Assembly (NCBI GenBank): GCA_040902535.1
Contig: JBBDXD010000006.1
Coordinates: 40,497-104,496 of the forward strand
Direction: 5' to 3'
DNA: 64,000 nt
Origin: Dehalococcoidia bacterium
Lineage (GTDB): Bacteria; Chloroflexota; Dehalococcoidia; DSTF01; JACRBR01
The notes beneath the pieces were generated by a model, which searched no databases, was not told the DNA's origin, and worked only from the letters and a program-made list of their open reading frames with translations. A program made the position numbers and the translations under genes. This document shows, in pieces, positions 38,138 through 49,680 of this stretch (its first letter is position 1; every line of letters starts with the position of its first letter).

Positions 38138-39082
38138 ATGGCCGTGACCTCAGCCCGAGAAGTCACCTACGACGACCTGCGAAGAAGACCGCTGCGCCAT
38201 ACGGGCGAGCGCATCATCGAGATGCTGTTGCTCGGCTGCGCGATCGTCTCACTCCTCACGACGATCGCCATCGTCTTCGTGCTGTTCGGCGAGACGTCGC
38301 GGTTCTTCGAGGAAGTCTCGTTTCGCGATTTCTTCCTTGAGACTGAGTGGCAACCGCTTTTCCGCCCGATCACGTACGGGATCTGGGAACTGGTCGCCGG
38401 TACCGTCAACGTCGTGCTCTGGTCGTTGGTGATCGCGCTCCCCCTCGGTCTGGCGGCGGCGATCTACTTGAGCGAGTATGCGGCGCCGCGCACACGGCGC
38501 GTGCTCAAGCCCCTGCTCGAGGCCCTCGCCGGCGTCCCGACGATCGTCTACGCCTACTTCGCGCTCACAGTTGTCACGCAGGACATCCTGCTCAAGTTGC
38601 CGTACATCGGTGAGCGCATCTCGTTCTTTAACGCGCTTGGCGCCAGCATGATGATGGCCGTCATGATCCTGCCGACGATCGCGTCGATCTCGGAAGACGC
38701 GATGTCCAATGTGCCGCGCGAGTTGCGGGAGGGCGCATACGGCCTGGGCGCGACCCGCCTGGAGGTGGCGACGCGCGTCGTCGTCCCCGCTGCACTGTCC
38801 GGCATCGTCGCCGCGGTGCTGCTCGCGATCGCACGCGTCGTCGGCGAGACGATGATTGTCGCCATCGCCGCCGGCTCGACGCCGAACCTCACGCTCTCAC
38901 CGCTGGAGAGCATCCAGACCATGACCGGCTACATGCTCCAAGTCGGCCTCGGCGACGCTGCGCGCGGGACGATCGACTACCAGTCGATCTTCGCCGTCGG
39001 ATCCATGCTCTTCATCATGACGCTGCTGCTCAACGTCGGCGCCAACATCATCGTCGGCCGCTTCCGCGAGGAGTACGACTGA
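38138..39082 (+). CDS. pstC: phosphate ABC transporter permease PstC
   Basis: 6-TM ABC permease with an EAA-like loop, in pst order. Confidence 0.85.
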   Translation: MAVTSAREVTYDDLRRRPLRHTGERIIEMLLLGCAIVSLLTTIAIVFVLFGETSRFFEEVSFRDFFLETEWQPLFRPITYGIWELVAGTVNVVLWSLVIALPLGLAAAIYLSEYAAPRTRRVLKPLLEALAGVPTIVYAYFALTVVTQDILLKLPYIGERISFFNALGASMMMAVMILPTIASISEDAMSNVPRELREGAYGLGATRLEVATRVVVPAALSGIVAAVLLAIARVVGETMIVAIAAGSTPNLTLSPLESIQTMTGYMLQVGLGDAARGTIDYQSIFAVGSMLFIMTLLLNVGANIIVGRFREEYD

Positions 39083-39975
39083 TGGCGTTCGTCGACGGTT
39101 CGACAGGGGAGATCTCGCTCCAGGCGACGGGTGCCGTCGCGCGTCGGCAGGCGCTTTCACGCGCATCGCGCTACGTGCTGCTCGCCGCGACGCTGGTCGG
39201 CGTCGGTGTGCTCCTGTACCTCGGCTACGAGACGATCGATCGCGGCGGCTCGCGCCTGAGCATCGACTTTCTGACGAGCTACCCTTCCCGATTCGCCGAG
39301 CGCGCCGGGCTGCGTTCGTCGTTGATCGGATGGTTCTGGGTATTGGGGCTGACCGTGATCCTGGCGATCCCCATCGCCATCGGCACGGCGATCTGGATGG
39401 AGGAGTTCGCGCCGCGCAACCGCGTGCTCACGCTCGTGAAGCTTAATCTCGCGAATCTTGCCGGCGTGCCCAGCATCATTTACGGCATCCTCGGGTTGGC
39501 GCTCTTCGTGCGCTTCATGGACCTGGGACCGAGCATTCTCGCCGGCTCGCTCACGCTCGCGCTGATGATCCTGCCGATGACCGTCATCGCGTCACAGGAG
39601 GCGATCCGCCAGGTACCGCCGAGCATTCGGCACGGCGCGCTCGCGCTGGGAGCGACGCGTTGGCAGATGGTCTGGAACCATGTCCTTCCCGGCGCCATGC
39701 CCGGCATCATGACCGGCATGATCCTCGCCGTATCGCGCGCAGCCGGCGAGACGGCCGCGTTGATCATGATCGGCGCCTTCACGTTCATCGCCTACGACAA
39801 CACCCGCCCGACAGAAGACTTCACGACGGTACCTGTGCAGATCTACAACTGGACCATCCGGCCGCAGGAGGCGTTCCGCCAGAACGCGGCCGCTGCCATT
39901 ATCGTGTTGATGGTCTTCGTGCTGACCCTCAACCTTATTGCCGCCGTCATCCGCGAGCGGTTTCGGAGTGAATGA
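39082..39975 (+). CDS. pstA: phosphate ABC transporter permease PstA
   Basis: Permease paralog immediately downstream, overlapping by 1 nt. Confidence 0.85.
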   Translation: MAFVDGSTGEISLQATGAVARRQALSRASRYVLLAATLVGVGVLLYLGYETIDRGGSRLSIDFLTSYPSRFAERAGLRSSLIGWFWVLGLTVILAIPIAIGTAIWMEEFAPRNRVLTLVKLNLANLAGVPSIIYGILGLALFVRFMDLGPSILAGSLTLALMILPMTVIASQEAIRQVPPSIRHGALALGATRWQMVWNHVLPGAMPGIMTGMILAVSRAAGETAALIMIGAFTFIAYDNTRPTEDFTTVPVQIYNWTIRPQEAFRQNAAAAIIVLMVFVLTLNLIAAVIRERFRSE

Positions 39976-40011
39976 GTACCGGTCGCCGCGATCCCACCGG
40001 GAAAGGCTAGA

Positions 40012-40869
40012 ATGATGGTGCACACCAGCGAGCGCAGGACGACGGAGGAACGACTGGCCGCCACCGAGACGCTGCCCCTCTCCGAGCGCGTGACGCGCCT
40101 CTCGGACGAATCGGTCTTGGAGGTGACAGACTTTCACGCCTACTACCGCGACTTCCGTGCGCTCTACAACGTCTCGTTCGAGATTCCTGCGCGCAAGATC
40201 ACAGCGCTTATCGGCCCGTCGGGCTGCGGCAAGAGCACATTACTGCGCTGCATGAACCGCATGAACGACCTCGTGCCCGGATTTCACATCGAAGGGCGTA
40301 TGACGTACCGCGGGCTCGATCTGTACGCGCGAGACGTCGACCCGGTCGAAGTCCGGCGGCGCATCGGCATGGTGTTCCAGAAGCCGAACCCGTTCCCCAA
40401 GTCGATCTACGAAAACATCGCCTTCGGCCCGAAGGTCAACGGCATCAAGGGCAACATGAGCGAGATCGTCGAGAACTCGCTGCGCCAGGCGGCGCTCTGG
40501 GACGATGTGAAAGACAAGCTCAATTCGAGTGGCCTCGCGCTCTCCGGCGGTCAGCAGCAGCGGCTCTGCATCGCCCGTGCGCTGGCGGTGCAGCCGGAGA
40601 TCATCCTTATGGACGAGCCGTGCAGCGCGCTCGATCCCATCGCCACGCTCAAGATCGAAGACCTCATGCGGAACCTGGCGAAGGACTACACCATCGTCAT
40701 CGTCACGCACAACATGCAGCAGGCGGCGCGCGTCGCCGATTACACCGCCTTCCTCATGATGCGGCCCGACCGCGCGGGCGAACTCGTCGAGTTTACTGAC
40801 ACCGACGTGCTCTTCACGACCCCGAAGGACAAGCGGACGGAAGACTACATCACCGGCCGGTTCGGCTAG
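40012..40869 (+). CDS. pstB: phosphate import ATP-binding protein PstB
   Basis: Walker [10 protein letters not shown], signature LSGGQQQR, and Walker B ILMDEP. Confidence 0.9.
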   Translation: MMVHTSERRTTEERLAATETLPLSERVTRLSDESVLEVTDFHAYYRDFRALYNVSFEIPARKITALIGPSGCGKSTLLRCMNRMNDLVPGFHIEGRMTYRGLDLYARDVDPVEVRRRIGMVFQKPNPFPKSIYENIAFGPKVNGIKGNMSEIVENSLRQAALWDDVKDKLNSSGLALSGGQQQRLCIARALAVQPEIILMDEPCSALDPIATLKIEDLMRNLAKDYTIVIVTHNMQQAARVADYTAFLMMRPDRAGELVEFTDTDVLFTTPKDKRTEDYITGRFG

Positions 40870-40880
40870 AGGCGGGTACG

Positions 40881-41546
40881 ATGACCAGAGAGTTGTTCGA
40901 CAAGAAACTCCGGGAACTCCAAGACGACGTGCTGGTCATGGGCAGCATGGTCGAGAAAGCACTCCAGCGTTCCGTGGAGGCGCTCCGCAACCGTGATACG
41001 TCCCTCTCCGACTCCGTCGTCCGCGACGACACGCTGATCAACGCAAAGCGTTACGAGATCGAGGAGAAGTGCATCCACACCATCGCGCGGGAACAACCGA
41101 TGGCCGCCGACCTCCGCGTCCTCGTGGCGATTCTCTTTATCGCCAACGAGCTCGAGCGCATGGCGGACCACGCGGAGGGCATCGGCCGCATCAACCTGAT
41201 GCTCGGGGACGAACCGTTGCCGCGGCCGCTCGGCGACATCCTGGAGATGTCCACCCGCGCGCAGGATATGCTGCGCCGCGCCCTCACGTCGTTCGTCGAC
41301 CGCGATGACAATGCCGCGCGCCTCATCTGTGATGAGGACGACGCCATCGATGGCCTGTACGACAGCTCCTATCATACGCTGATCCAGGAAATGATCAAGA
41401 CTCCCGCCGATGTGCAGCGCATCACCTACTTGATCTGGACCTCGCACAACCTGGAGCGCATCGCTGATCGCGTGACAAACATTTGTGAGCGCGTGATCTT
41501 CATGGTCACCGGCCAGTTGGAAGAGATAAATGTCTCGCGGTACTGA
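40881..41546 (+). CDS. phoU: phosphate signalling complex protein PhoU
   Basis: Two PhoU repeats with [10 protein letters not shown] and [11 protein letters not shown] motifs. Confidence 0.85.
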   Translation: MTRELFDKKLRELQDDVLVMGSMVEKALQRSVEALRNRDTSLSDSVVRDDTLINAKRYEIEEKCIHTIAREQPMAADLRVLVAILFIANELERMADHAEGIGRINLMLGDEPLPRPLGDILEMSTRAQDMLRRALTSFVDRDDNAARLICDEDDAIDGLYDSSYHTLIQEMIKTPADVQRITYLIWTSHNLERIADRVTNICERVIFMVTGQLEEINVSRY

Positions 41547-42294
41547 TCCAACGCTTGACGCAAGTACCGCCAGACGCACGTATGACTACGGAATCGACGC
41601 CGAAACCGCAGCTAAGACCGTCCTCGTCGTCGAAGATGAGGCGAGCCTCGCCTCGACGCTTTCCTATAATCTGCGTAAGAACGGCTTCAATGTCGTGCAG
41701 GCCGCTGATGGCGTCGAGGGGCTGCAGGCCGCCCGCAACGGCCACCCCGATGTCATCGTGCTCGACCTCATGTTGCCGCGCATGGACGGCATCGAGGTGT
41801 GCCGCCGGCTGCGCGCTGATTCCGATGTGCCGATCATCATGCTCACAGCGAAGAGCGAGGAACTCGATCGTGTCGTCGGACTCGAGATCGGCGCCGACGA
41901 TTATCTGACCAAGCCATTCAGCATGCGCGAGCTTATGGCACGCGTGCGAGCGCTGCTCCGCCGCTCCGGTGCCCGGACAGGCACCGAAGACGCTTCACAG
42001 ATCAGTGCCGGGAATTTGACCCTCGACCTGCGAGGTCGCACCGTCCGCCGCGATAATGCGGAAGTGCAGCTCAAGCCAAAGGAGTTCGACCTGCTGTACT
42101 TCCTGGCGCGGAACGCCGGTCAGGTCTTCACGCGCGAACAGCTGTTGGAGCACGTCTGGGGCTACGAATTCTTCGGCGGCAGTCGTACGGTCGATGTCCA
42201 CGTGCGGTGGTTGCGTGAAAAGCTCGAAGCGGCGCCGAGCAGTCCCCGGCATCTTCTCACGGTCCGTGGCGTTGGTTACAAGTTCGTCCGCTAG
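41530..42294 (+). CDS. OmpR/PhoB-family response regulator (PhoP/PhoB-like)
   Basis: REC (VLVVEDE...[13 protein letters not shown]) plus a winged-helix trans_reg_C domain ([10 protein letters not shown]). Confidence 0.85.
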   Translation: MSRGTDPTLDASTARRTYDYGIDAETAAKTVLVVEDEASLASTLSYNLRKNGFNVVQAADGVEGLQAARNGHPDVIVLDLMLPRMDGIEVCRRLRADSDVPIIMLTAKSEELDRVVGLEIGADDYLTKPFSMRELMARVRALLRRSGARTGTEDASQISAGNLTLDLRGRTVRRDNAEVQLKPKEFDLLYFLARNAGQVFTREQLLEHVWGYEFFGGSRTVDVHVRWLREKLEAAPSSPRHLLTVRGVGYKFVR

Positions 42295-43672
42295 CCGCCT
42301 GCGTCTCGCCTGGCCGGGCGTCGTGGCTGCAGCGGTCGCGCTCTACGTCGCGATCGTCGGAGTCGCACTGATCGTCGTCAGTTCCTATGTCGACGAGCGG
42401 TCGTGGGAGTTGCTCGTCATCTTCGCAGCCGCCTCGGTGGCGATCATCATCATCACGACGCTTCTGCTCCGGCCGAGGCTACGCCATCTTCGCGCCGCGA
42501 CCGCCGTCGCCGAGTCACTGGCGCGCGGCCGGTTCGATGCTCGCGCGGAGATCGCCGGCGATGAGTTCGGACCGCTTCTCTCCGCGCTCAATAACGCAAG
42601 CGCCTACCTCGAGGCTGCGATCTCGACGCTGCGGCTGGAGCGGGCGCAGCTCGAAGCGCTGCTCAACGCCAGCAGCGACGCCACCGTCGCGATTGACCTT
42701 TCGAGCACGGTCGTCTATCTCAACGATGCCGCGCGCAACATGTTCGGGTTATCCGGCGCCGTCGAGACGGGACGCGCGTTCATCGAGGTCGTGCGCGACC
42801 ACGACCTGAACGAACTCATGGTCTCGGCGGCACAGCAGGGTGAACGCAGCGTGCGCGTCGTCGCGTACGGTCAGGCGCAGCGCTGGCTGCAAGCGACCGC
42901 GGTCCCGATCCAGGGCGCCGGCGCCTGGGCTGCGCTCGCTGTCTTCCACGACCTCACGGAAGTGCGCCGCCTCGATAGCATGCGCCGCGACTTCATCAGC
43001 AACGTCTCGCACGAACTGCGCACGCCGCTCGCCGGCATCCGCGCCGCCGCCGAAACACTGCAGGAAGGCGCGATCGACGATAAGCCGGCGGCGATCGAGT
43101 TCATGGGCCACATCCAGCGCGAGACTGACCGGCTGACACAGATGGTCGAAGAATTGCTCGAACTGTCGCGCATCGAGTCCGGTGCGGCGCCCTTGAGCTT
43201 CGCGCAGCTCGACGTGGCGGCGCTCGTGCGCGATGCGGCGAAGCGCTTTCGGCAGCAGGCGGAGCGTGCTGGCCTCGCCATCACGACCGAAGTGCCGCAG
43301 GGCGCCGACCGCGGGTCCGGCGAGACGCCTCTTACGATCATCGGCGACGCCGAACGTCTGGAACGCGCGCTCGGCAACTTGATTGCCAACGCGATCAAAT
43401 TCACGGCGCCCGGCGGCTCGGTCAGCGTGAGGGCAGACCCGCAGGACGACGCAGTCCTCGTGAGCGTGCGCGACACGGGCATCGGCATCGAGCCGGAGCA
43501 GTGCGAGCGCGTGTTCGAGCGCTTCTACAAGGCCGATAAGGGCCGCGGCGACGGCACGGGCCTCGGCCTCGCCATCGTCAAGCACATCGTCCGGGCGCAC
43601 CAGGGCAGCGTGTCCGTCGAAAGCTTCCCCGACCGCGGCTCGACGTTCACGATGCGTTTGCCGCGGCGCTAA
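42266..43672 (+). CDS. sensor histidine kinase PhoR-like (TM-HAMP-PAS-HisKA-HATPase)
   Basis: H-box SHELRTPL plus N, G1 and G2 boxes. A GTG/TTG start overlaps the regulator stop; the exact start is uncertain. Confidence 0.8.
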   Translation: MALVTSSSASRLRLAWPGVVAAAVALYVAIVGVALIVVSSYVDERSWELLVIFAAASVAIIIITTLLLRPRLRHLRAATAVAESLARGRFDARAEIAGDEFGPLLSALNNASAYLEAAISTLRLERAQLEALLNASSDATVAIDLSSTVVYLNDAARNMFGLSGAVETGRAFIEVVRDHDLNELMVSAAQQGERSVRVVAYGQAQRWLQATAVPIQGAGAWAALAVFHDLTEVRRLDSMRRDFISNVSHELRTPLAGIRAAAETLQEGAIDDKPAAIEFMGHIQRETDRLTQMVEELLELSRIESGAAPLSFAQLDVAALVRDAAKRFRQQAERAGLAITTEVPQGADRGSGETPLTIIGDAERLERALGNLIANAIKFTAPGGSVSVRADPQDDAVLVSVRDTGIGIEPEQCERVFERFYKADKGRGDGTGLGLAIVKHIVRAHQGSVSVESFPDRGSTFTMRLPRR

Positions 43673-43749
43673 AACGTTCCGTGACTCTCAATGCATCAGC
43701 GTAGGTGTCCGCCTTCCGGCATCTCGTGACCCAATGGTAGGATCGCCGT

Positions 43750-44211
43750 ATGCAGAAGCCGAACGTCCCGCCCCTCGCGATCACGCCGTACTGGGCTTCA
43801 GTCCAGGACGATCTGCTCCGCATCGTCGATCTCATGCCTGCGGGGAAGATGAACTGGACGCCGAGCGATGAGCTGTGGAACTCACGCGGCATCCTCATCC
43901 ACGTGTCTGACGCCCGCGATAGTTGGATGGCCGGCGACGTGAAGGACGGCGATCCCTACCCCAACATCTGGACGACCGCTCGAACGCGGGACGACCTCAA
44001 ACGTGAACTCGTCCGCACCTTCGACCGCGTCCAGCGTTTCCTCGCCAATCAAGCGCAGCTGGACAAGAGGTATACGCCGGCCGAACCGGCGTATCCACCA
44101 CGCGACGGGCACTGGATCGCGTTTCACCTGCTGGAGCACGACATCCATCATCGGACAGAACTCATGCAGCGCCTCGCGCTGATGGGCGTCACGCACGGCA
44201 TCGACCTCTAG
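43750..44211 (+). CDS. DinB/YfiT-like metal-dependent hydrolase family protein
   Basis: DinB_2 helix bundle with conserved His (HVSDARD, HLLEHDIHHRTE). Confidence 0.65.
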   Translation: MQKPNVPPLAITPYWASVQDDLLRIVDLMPAGKMNWTPSDELWNSRGILIHVSDARDSWMAGDVKDGDPYPNIWTTARTRDDLKRELVRTFDRVQRFLANQAQLDKRYTPAEPAYPPRDGHWIAFHLLEHDIHHRTELMQRLALMGVTHGIDL

Positions 44212-44236
44212 AAGAAGCGGTGTGAGCCGTCGTCCG

Positions 44237-44506
44237 TCACAGTATGCGTGAGCGCACATCAGCGTCGCTCAGGCCGGCGATCTCCACGACCTTCGTCCGC
44301 GAACGCGTCCCCGCCACCAACGTCACACTCGAAGGCGGCACGCCGAGCCGCTTCGCGATCATCTTGAGCAGCGATGCATTGGCGGCACCCTCGACCGGCG
44401 CGACGGCGATGCGGACCGCAAGTGCGCCGTCCCTCCAGCCGACGATCGTGTCACGGCCGCCGCGCGGCGTCACCCGCACGTCGATGCGCGCGCGCTCGTC
44501 AGCCAT
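44237..44506 (-). CDS. DUF167 (YggU-like) protein
   Basis: 90 aa with RIDVRVTPRGGRD...LAVRIAVAPVEGAAN, typical of DUF167. Overlaps the upstream GNAT gene stop by 8 nt. Confidence 0.6.
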   Translation of the reverse strand: MADERARIDVRVTPRGGRDTIVGWRDGALAVRIAVAPVEGAANASLLKMIAKRLGVPPSSVTLVAGTRSRTKVVEIAGLSDADVRSRIL

Positions 44507-45167
44507 CGATGCGCTTCCACATGCTGTGCACGCCTTCGACGGCGCCAGGGTGCGTTGAAACGAACATGTACTGCCAGCCCTGCCGCGGCGGCATCTTCCA
44601 CGCATCGAGCGCGACGTCGGCAAAGCCCAGGCGCATCCAGAAGGGGTAGGCGTCCACGGTAAACAGATAGGCGTCGTTCACACCTTCGGCGCGCGCGTCG
44701 GCAATGAGCAGATCCGTGATCGCCCGCGCGAGCCCCAGCTTCCGTGCGCGCGCGTCAACCGCAATGCTGCGGATCACGCAACAGTCGTCGTAGATCTCGG
44801 CGCCTCCGCAGCCGATCACCTCGTCATCGTGCTCGACGACGGCGAACCCCGGCAACCACTCCTCGATGAAGAGCGGCGGGAGGTCCTCCGCGATCATCAT
44901 CTCGGCGATGCGCGGGACGTCGTCGGGGCGCGCGCGCCGAAAGATGCAGCGTGCCAGGTCGATGGGTGCGGTGCTTCGCGGCGATGACGCCACAGTCAGG
45001 CCCGCGAAGTCTGCGGCGGCGCTCGCCGGATCGGATTCGGCCGCATGTTCCATCGCCTGTTGCATTTCAGGCGATGCCAGCGTCGCAAGCATGCGATCGA
45101 CGGACTCGCGGATCAGTTCGGGCGTCCAGACGGTGCCCGGGATGAATTCGTCACGCTTCGTTACCAT
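44499..45167 (-). CDS. GNAT family N-acetyltransferase with N-terminal extension
   Basis: C-terminal acetyl-CoA-binding motif (IAVDARARKLGLARAI). RBS GGCGGAGG is upstream. Confidence 0.7.
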   Translation of the reverse strand: MVTKRDEFIPGTVWTPELIRESVDRMLATLASPEMQQAMEHAAESDPASAAADFAGLTVASSPRSTAPIDLARCIFRRARPDDVPRIAEMMIAEDLPPLFIEEWLPGFAVVEHDDEVIGCGGAEIYDDCCVIRSIAVDARARKLGLARAITDLLIADARAEGVNDAYLFTVDAYPFWMRLGFADVALDAWKMPPRQGWQYMFVSTHPGAVEGVHSMWKRIDG

Positions 45168-45295
45168 GTGGCGCCTCCGCCTAACGTGTCCGACGATTGT
45201 ACCGCCGCCCGCGTCCCCGCCGGAGCGTCACCGGCGCCGGTGTTAGAATGTCGCCCACCACCAGTTCTCGGCAACCTTTCGTCAGGAGTGGCGTC

Positions 45296-46667
45296 ATGAC
45301 GGGGATCTCGGACAACCGGGCCGCGCGCAAGGCGTGGAACTACGGACTCTTCGACGCGATCATGAACCGCCGTTCGCGACGCTTGGCGCTCGGCGCCGAG
45401 ATCCCTGGCGGCGCCACGAAAAACAAGTCCGATAAGCCGCCGATGCCGCTCGACGAGATCGAGGAGGCGCTGCTCGTGCACGCCGGCACCGGCATCAGCG
45501 GCATGAACCTCAGCGACCTGCCGTACGCCTACGCCGATGGCAGAGCGCCAGCGGCAACACGATGATCCAGTTCACTGGCCGCACGTGGCCGAGTTTCTGC
45601 GGCTCGCACAGCACCGAACTGATCTATTTCAACGATAGCGGCGCCTACGTCGTCAGCCTGAAGGACGTCCCGGCGGACAAACTGCAGCAGTACGCGGACG
45701 AGCGCGATCGCGATGGCATCGTCCGGTCGTTCCGCGAGAACCGCGTCAAGATCCTGGACCAGCGGCCGGACGACGCCCGCAGCTATCCGTCGATGCTGTC
45801 CTTCAACTTCTGGGACTCGAATATCGCGGGCTCGACGGTGCTTCTGCCCTGATCAACAACACGTGGCAGTACATCAACGGCCTGCTGCTGATGTGCGGAT
45901 GGGCGGACGGCGGCGCCGTCGTCGTCGACGACCTGAATGGCGGCCGGCCCGCTGGCTGCGAGCGCTGGATCAAGGAGGGCCTGCTCGATGCGGACCGCCC
46001 GCTTGCGCTCTCGCAGACCGACATGGGGCAGAGCGTCGAACCCGCGTTCATCCTCCAGAACCTGGCGCTCGCCGAGCAGGCGATGGGCCTCGGCGGCTGG
46101 GTACACGCGGCGGTGAATCCGGCTGTCATGGCCGAGGCGCTCGGCTTCCGCATCGAGACGCCCCGCAATGCCGGCTTCGGCGTGCCCGTCGGCATCGACG
46201 GCGTCCTCGAGGCGTACTGTCCGCCGTACTACAAGGACATGGACGCCGCCGTCGATGCCGTCGTCGAAGCGAAGTTTGGCGCGAAAGGCATCTACACGCT
46301 CGACGCAGAGCGCGAAGCGCCGTTCCTTGACCGCAACAAATTCGTGTCGGCGGTGCCGCGATACAGCGAAGCGCTCGTGCAATGCGTGAAGGACATCTGC
46401 AACTACATCTACGACACGTTCGGCCGCTTCCCGGTGCATGTGCCGGCGATGACGATCAGCAGCACGTGGTGCCAGGCGCATCACCTGGATCTGGATTTAT
46501 ACGACCGGTTCTACGGCAAGGCGGCCTACACGCAGACGCAGGCGGAGCACTACATCGACTGGCACGGCGAAGAGCGCCCCTGGGAGAAGCTCCGCGACCG
46601 CGTGCTCAGCAACGCGTGGTGCGCCATTCGTAACTACCGGCCATCCCGCATGCCGCCGTCATTCTGA
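45296..46667 (+). pseudogene. frameshifted gene: three consecutive same-strand ORFs (45296-45565, 45562-45852, ~45840-46667) in different frames reading as one ~450-aa protein
   Basis: ORF ends and the next frame's open region overlap or abut without intergenic space. The frame changes near 45560 and near 45838. Confidence 0.4.
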
Positions 46668-46746
46668 GCGAAGCGAAGAATCCCGCCGTGCAACGCACCA
46701 CTCCTCGGCGCCCGTCATTCTGAGCGAAGCGAAGAATCTCGTCGTG
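46657..46746. repeat. two tandem copies of a ~34-nt short repeat CGTCATTCTGAGCGAAGCGAAGAATCYCGYCGTG
   Basis: Copies at 46657-46690 and 46713-46746, with a third diverged copy at 51125. The intergenic region lies between convergent genes. Confidence 0.5.
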
Positions 46747-46795
46747 TGGGCGGGCCAGGCACGGCTCACTTGTGCCTCGGGCATCCGATCAAACG

Positions 46796-47917
46796 CTAAA
46801 GTTCGTTCAGCCGGTCGATCAACTGCCGCATCCGCCCGAAATTATGTCGCGGAAAGAACGCCACGCGCTCGCACTCGACGCAATCCTCGTCCTTGCGCTC
46901 TGCCGGCGTGATGTTCGTCCGCTCGATCCGGCCCCGCGCGACGAGGTCCTTGAAGTCCCGGTTGATCGCTGCAAGCTGTACATCGGTCGGCGCACGCCGC
47001 ATGCGCAGCACGAGCCGCTCGCCGACGTATCGCGCCGAGTCGTAGTTGCGATAGAACCGCTCGATCGCGCGCACGGCGTCGCGGGCGCTGCTCGCCGGTT
47101 GGAAGAACGTCAGGTCCTCCGGCGATGCGAGGTTCCGCGCCACAAGGTGATCCCGCACGAACGTCAACCACTCGATCCAGTAGCCGCTCTCGGGCGGCGC
47201 CAGCAGCACGATCGGCCGGATCTGCATCTTGCCGGTCTGCATCAGCGTCAGCAGCTCGAACGCCTCATCCAGTGTGCCGAAGCCGCCCGGACACAGCACG
47301 AAGGCGTCGGACTCCTTCATGAACATGATCTTGCGCGTGAAGAAGTACTTGAAGTCGATCAGCTTCGGGTCGCCGGCGATGAATCCGTTCGCCGACTGCT
47401 CGAACGGCAGCTTGATGCCGACGCCGAAGCTGTTCGCCGTGCCCGCGCCCTCGTGGCCCGCCGCCATGATGCCGGGCCCGGCGCCGGTAATCACCATCCA
47501 ACCTTCGGCGATGATCTGCTCGCCGAATTCCCGCGCGATCGCGTAGTCGGGATCGTCGACGGGCGTCCGCGCGGAACCGAAGATGCTCACCTTCCGGCGC
47601 CCGCGGTACGGCGCGAAGATCCGGAACGCGCGGCCCAATTCCCGCAGCGACCGCGCGAGCAGCTTCATCTCGCCGCGGTTCGACGCGCGAGCCGTCCGGA
47701 ACAGCGTTTCCACGGCTGCTTCTAGCAGATCGCGATCGGGGACATCGGCACTCTCGACGAGCGCGCGGATCTTCTCGTCGATCGCGCGGTCGCCCGATCC
47801 GGTGCGACGGCGCATCCGCTGCCGCGTCGGGCTCGTACGCGTCGACATCGGCTCCAGCGGCTCGACGCCTACAACCGAGGCCGGGCCCTGGTCCGCTCGC
47901 TCGTTCGTCTGATCCAT
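46796..47917 (-). CDS. LOG-family (TIGR00730) Rossmann-fold nucleotide-binding protein with N- and C-terminal extensions
   Basis: PGGFGTLDE motif and GxGxxG (ITGAGPGIMAAG). 373 aa, against about 190 aa for a LOG core. Confidence 0.75.
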   Translation of the reverse strand: MDQTNERADQGPASVVGVEPLEPMSTRTSPTRQRMRRRTGSGDRAIDEKIRALVESADVPDRDLLEAAVETLFRTARASNRGEMKLLARSLRELGRAFRIFAPYRGRRKVSIFGSARTPVDDPDYAIAREFGEQIIAEGWMVITGAGPGIMAAGHEGAGTANSFGVGIKLPFEQSANGFIAGDPKLIDFKYFFTRKIMFMKESDAFVLCPGGFGTLDEAFELLTLMQTGKMQIRPIVLLAPPESGYWIEWLTFVRDHLVARNLASPEDLTFFQPASSARDAVRAIERFYRNYDSARYVGERLVLRMRRAPTDVQLAAINRDFKDLVARGRIERTNITPAERKDEDCVECERVAFFPRHNFGRMRQLIDRLNEL

Positions 47918-48088
47918 GGCTACATCATCCGCTCCGGCGCGCGGGAATGAAAGAAAGGCACCCCGACTGGTGGGCTCGTCGTGCCGATCAACTGAGCTCG
48001 ATACTCGATGGCGGTATGGCGAGTCCGCGAATGAAGCCGGTCGATAGTGTTCGGCAACAAGGCGGCCCCGAGATCGACGGGCGGTCGA

Positions 48089-48574
48089 CTACCCTCGCCT
48101 GCCGCCGAAGAGGCCACGCAGGTTCCCCATGATGCCGCCGCCCTTATCCCCACGCTTGGCCCGGTCCCAGGCTTCCTGCGCCGCTCCCGAGCGCTGCAGG
48201 CCGCTTACGCGATCCTTCATCACGTCACGCACGTGGTTCGCTTCGCCTTCATCGAGCCAGAAACCGTGCTCTTCCGTGCAGGCGTCCAGCTCCAGGTTGT
48301 ACGCGCGATAGTTGAACGCGCGCATCGGCTTCGTGCAGACAGGGCAGGCGAGTTCACTTTCGCGCTTCGCGTAGTCGATCATGCCTCGCCGCTCGTCGTC
48401 GTCCGCGACCGTGGCTTCGAGCAGCGCCAGTTCTTCGTCGTCGTACCAGGCGCCGTTGCAGGTCGGACAGCGGTCAACTTCGATGTCATGCTCCCTGCCC
48501 ATGTCGAGCGGCGTCGCATCGCGGGGGCAGTTCAACGTCCGTTCGTTCACAAGAGACTCCTTCCGTGCGCTCAC
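48089..48574 (-). CDS. zinc-ribbon (zf-TFIIB-like) domain protein
   Basis: Two CxxC pairs: CPRDATPL...CPTCNGAWY and CPVCTKPM...DACTEEHGFW. Confidence 0.55.
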   Translation of the reverse strand: MSARKESLVNERTLNCPRDATPLDMGREHDIEVDRCPTCNGAWYDDEELALLEATVADDDERRGMIDYAKRESELACPVCTKPMRAFNYRAYNLELDACTEEHGFWLDEGEANHVRDVMKDRVSGLQRSGAAQEAWDRAKRGDKGGGIMGNLRGLFGGRRG

Positions 48575-48633
48575 AGCCTAGAATGCGGGGTTGTCGGTGG
48601 CAACGCACCTGAGGCGCCGAGGCTGGAGGCCGG

Positions 48634-49680
48634 ATGTCGGACGGCGGTGTGACCCGGGAAGAGCAGCTTCGCGACGTGCTCGCGGCGTTCGGCGTGCAAG
48701 CGGCGAGCGTGCGTGACGTCCGGACGGGACGCGTGAACCGCCACTGGCGCATCGCCGCGACGGATGGCCCGGAGTACGCCCTGCGCCGATATGCGTCGCC
48801 GCCGCACGCGTGGCGCATCCGCTCGCGTGAAGCGATCGCCTTCGAGCACGACGCGCTCCGCCATGCCGCGTCGAAGGGCTGGCCGGCGCCTGTGCCCATC
48901 GATGCACGCTCCGGCTCGACGCTGGTCGAGCGTGATGGCGATTTGTACGCGCTCTTTCCCTGGCACGAAGGACGGCCCGCGCCCGCGCATAGCAAACGTT
49001 ACCTGCGCATCAAGGGGCGCCTGCTCGCGAGGCTGCATCGCGACATGGCCACGTTTGGCCTCGGTGAGCAACGCCTGGGGTTTGCGCGCATGTGGGAACT
49101 GGACTACTACATGGGCAGCCCGCGTCCGTTCAACGACATGTTGCGCGAGTTCGAGAAGGCGCATCGCGCAGACGCATCGGCCGTGCGAGCGCAGCGGTAT
49201 CGCAACCTGCGCGAGTTGTCGCGATTCGGCTACGGCGAGTTGCCGGAGCAGTTCGGCCACTTCGACTTCCATCGCGACAATCTGCTGTTCTCGCAGGGGC
49301 AATTGACCGGATTGATCGACTTCGACTCGGCGCACCTCGACGCGCGGGTCGCCGACATCGCGACGAGCGTCGCCCTAGACTGCATCGAGCCGCCTGCGTA
49401 CAACGCCATCGACCCGGACGCGATGCGCGCCTTCGTCGCCGGATACGTCGAGGGGTCGCCGCTATCCGAGCAGGAATTGGCGCTCATCGTGCCGCTGGTA
49501 CGCTCGTGGATCGTCGCGGCCGCCGCGGGACGCATCGCGCAGTGGCTGGCGGCGCCCGATGAGAAGGTGCTGATGAAGATTCGGCGGACCGTCGACTATC
49601 GCATCCCGGCGTTCGAACAGCGGCGTCAGGCGATGGAACAGGCGGTGAGGAGCGCAGCAGCGGAGCGGACGCGCGCATGA
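48634..49680 (+). CDS. aminoglycoside phosphotransferase (APH) / homoserine-kinase-type-II-like kinase family protein
   Basis: Brenner motif HFDFHRDN and IDFD. Confidence 0.8.
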   Translation: MSDGGVTREEQLRDVLAAFGVQAASVRDVRTGRVNRHWRIAATDGPEYALRRYASPPHAWRIRSREAIAFEHDALRHAASKGWPAPVPIDARSGSTLVERDGDLYALFPWHEGRPAPAHSKRYLRIKGRLLARLHRDMATFGLGEQRLGFARMWELDYYMGSPRPFNDMLREFEKAHRADASAVRAQRYRNLRELSRFGYGELPEQFGHFDFHRDNLLFSQGQLTGLIDFDSAHLDARVADIATSVALDCIEPPAYNAIDPDAMRAFVAGYVEGSPLSEQELALIVPLVRSWIVAAAAGRIAQWLAAPDEKVLMKIRRTVDYRIPAFEQRRQAMEQAVRSAAAERTRA

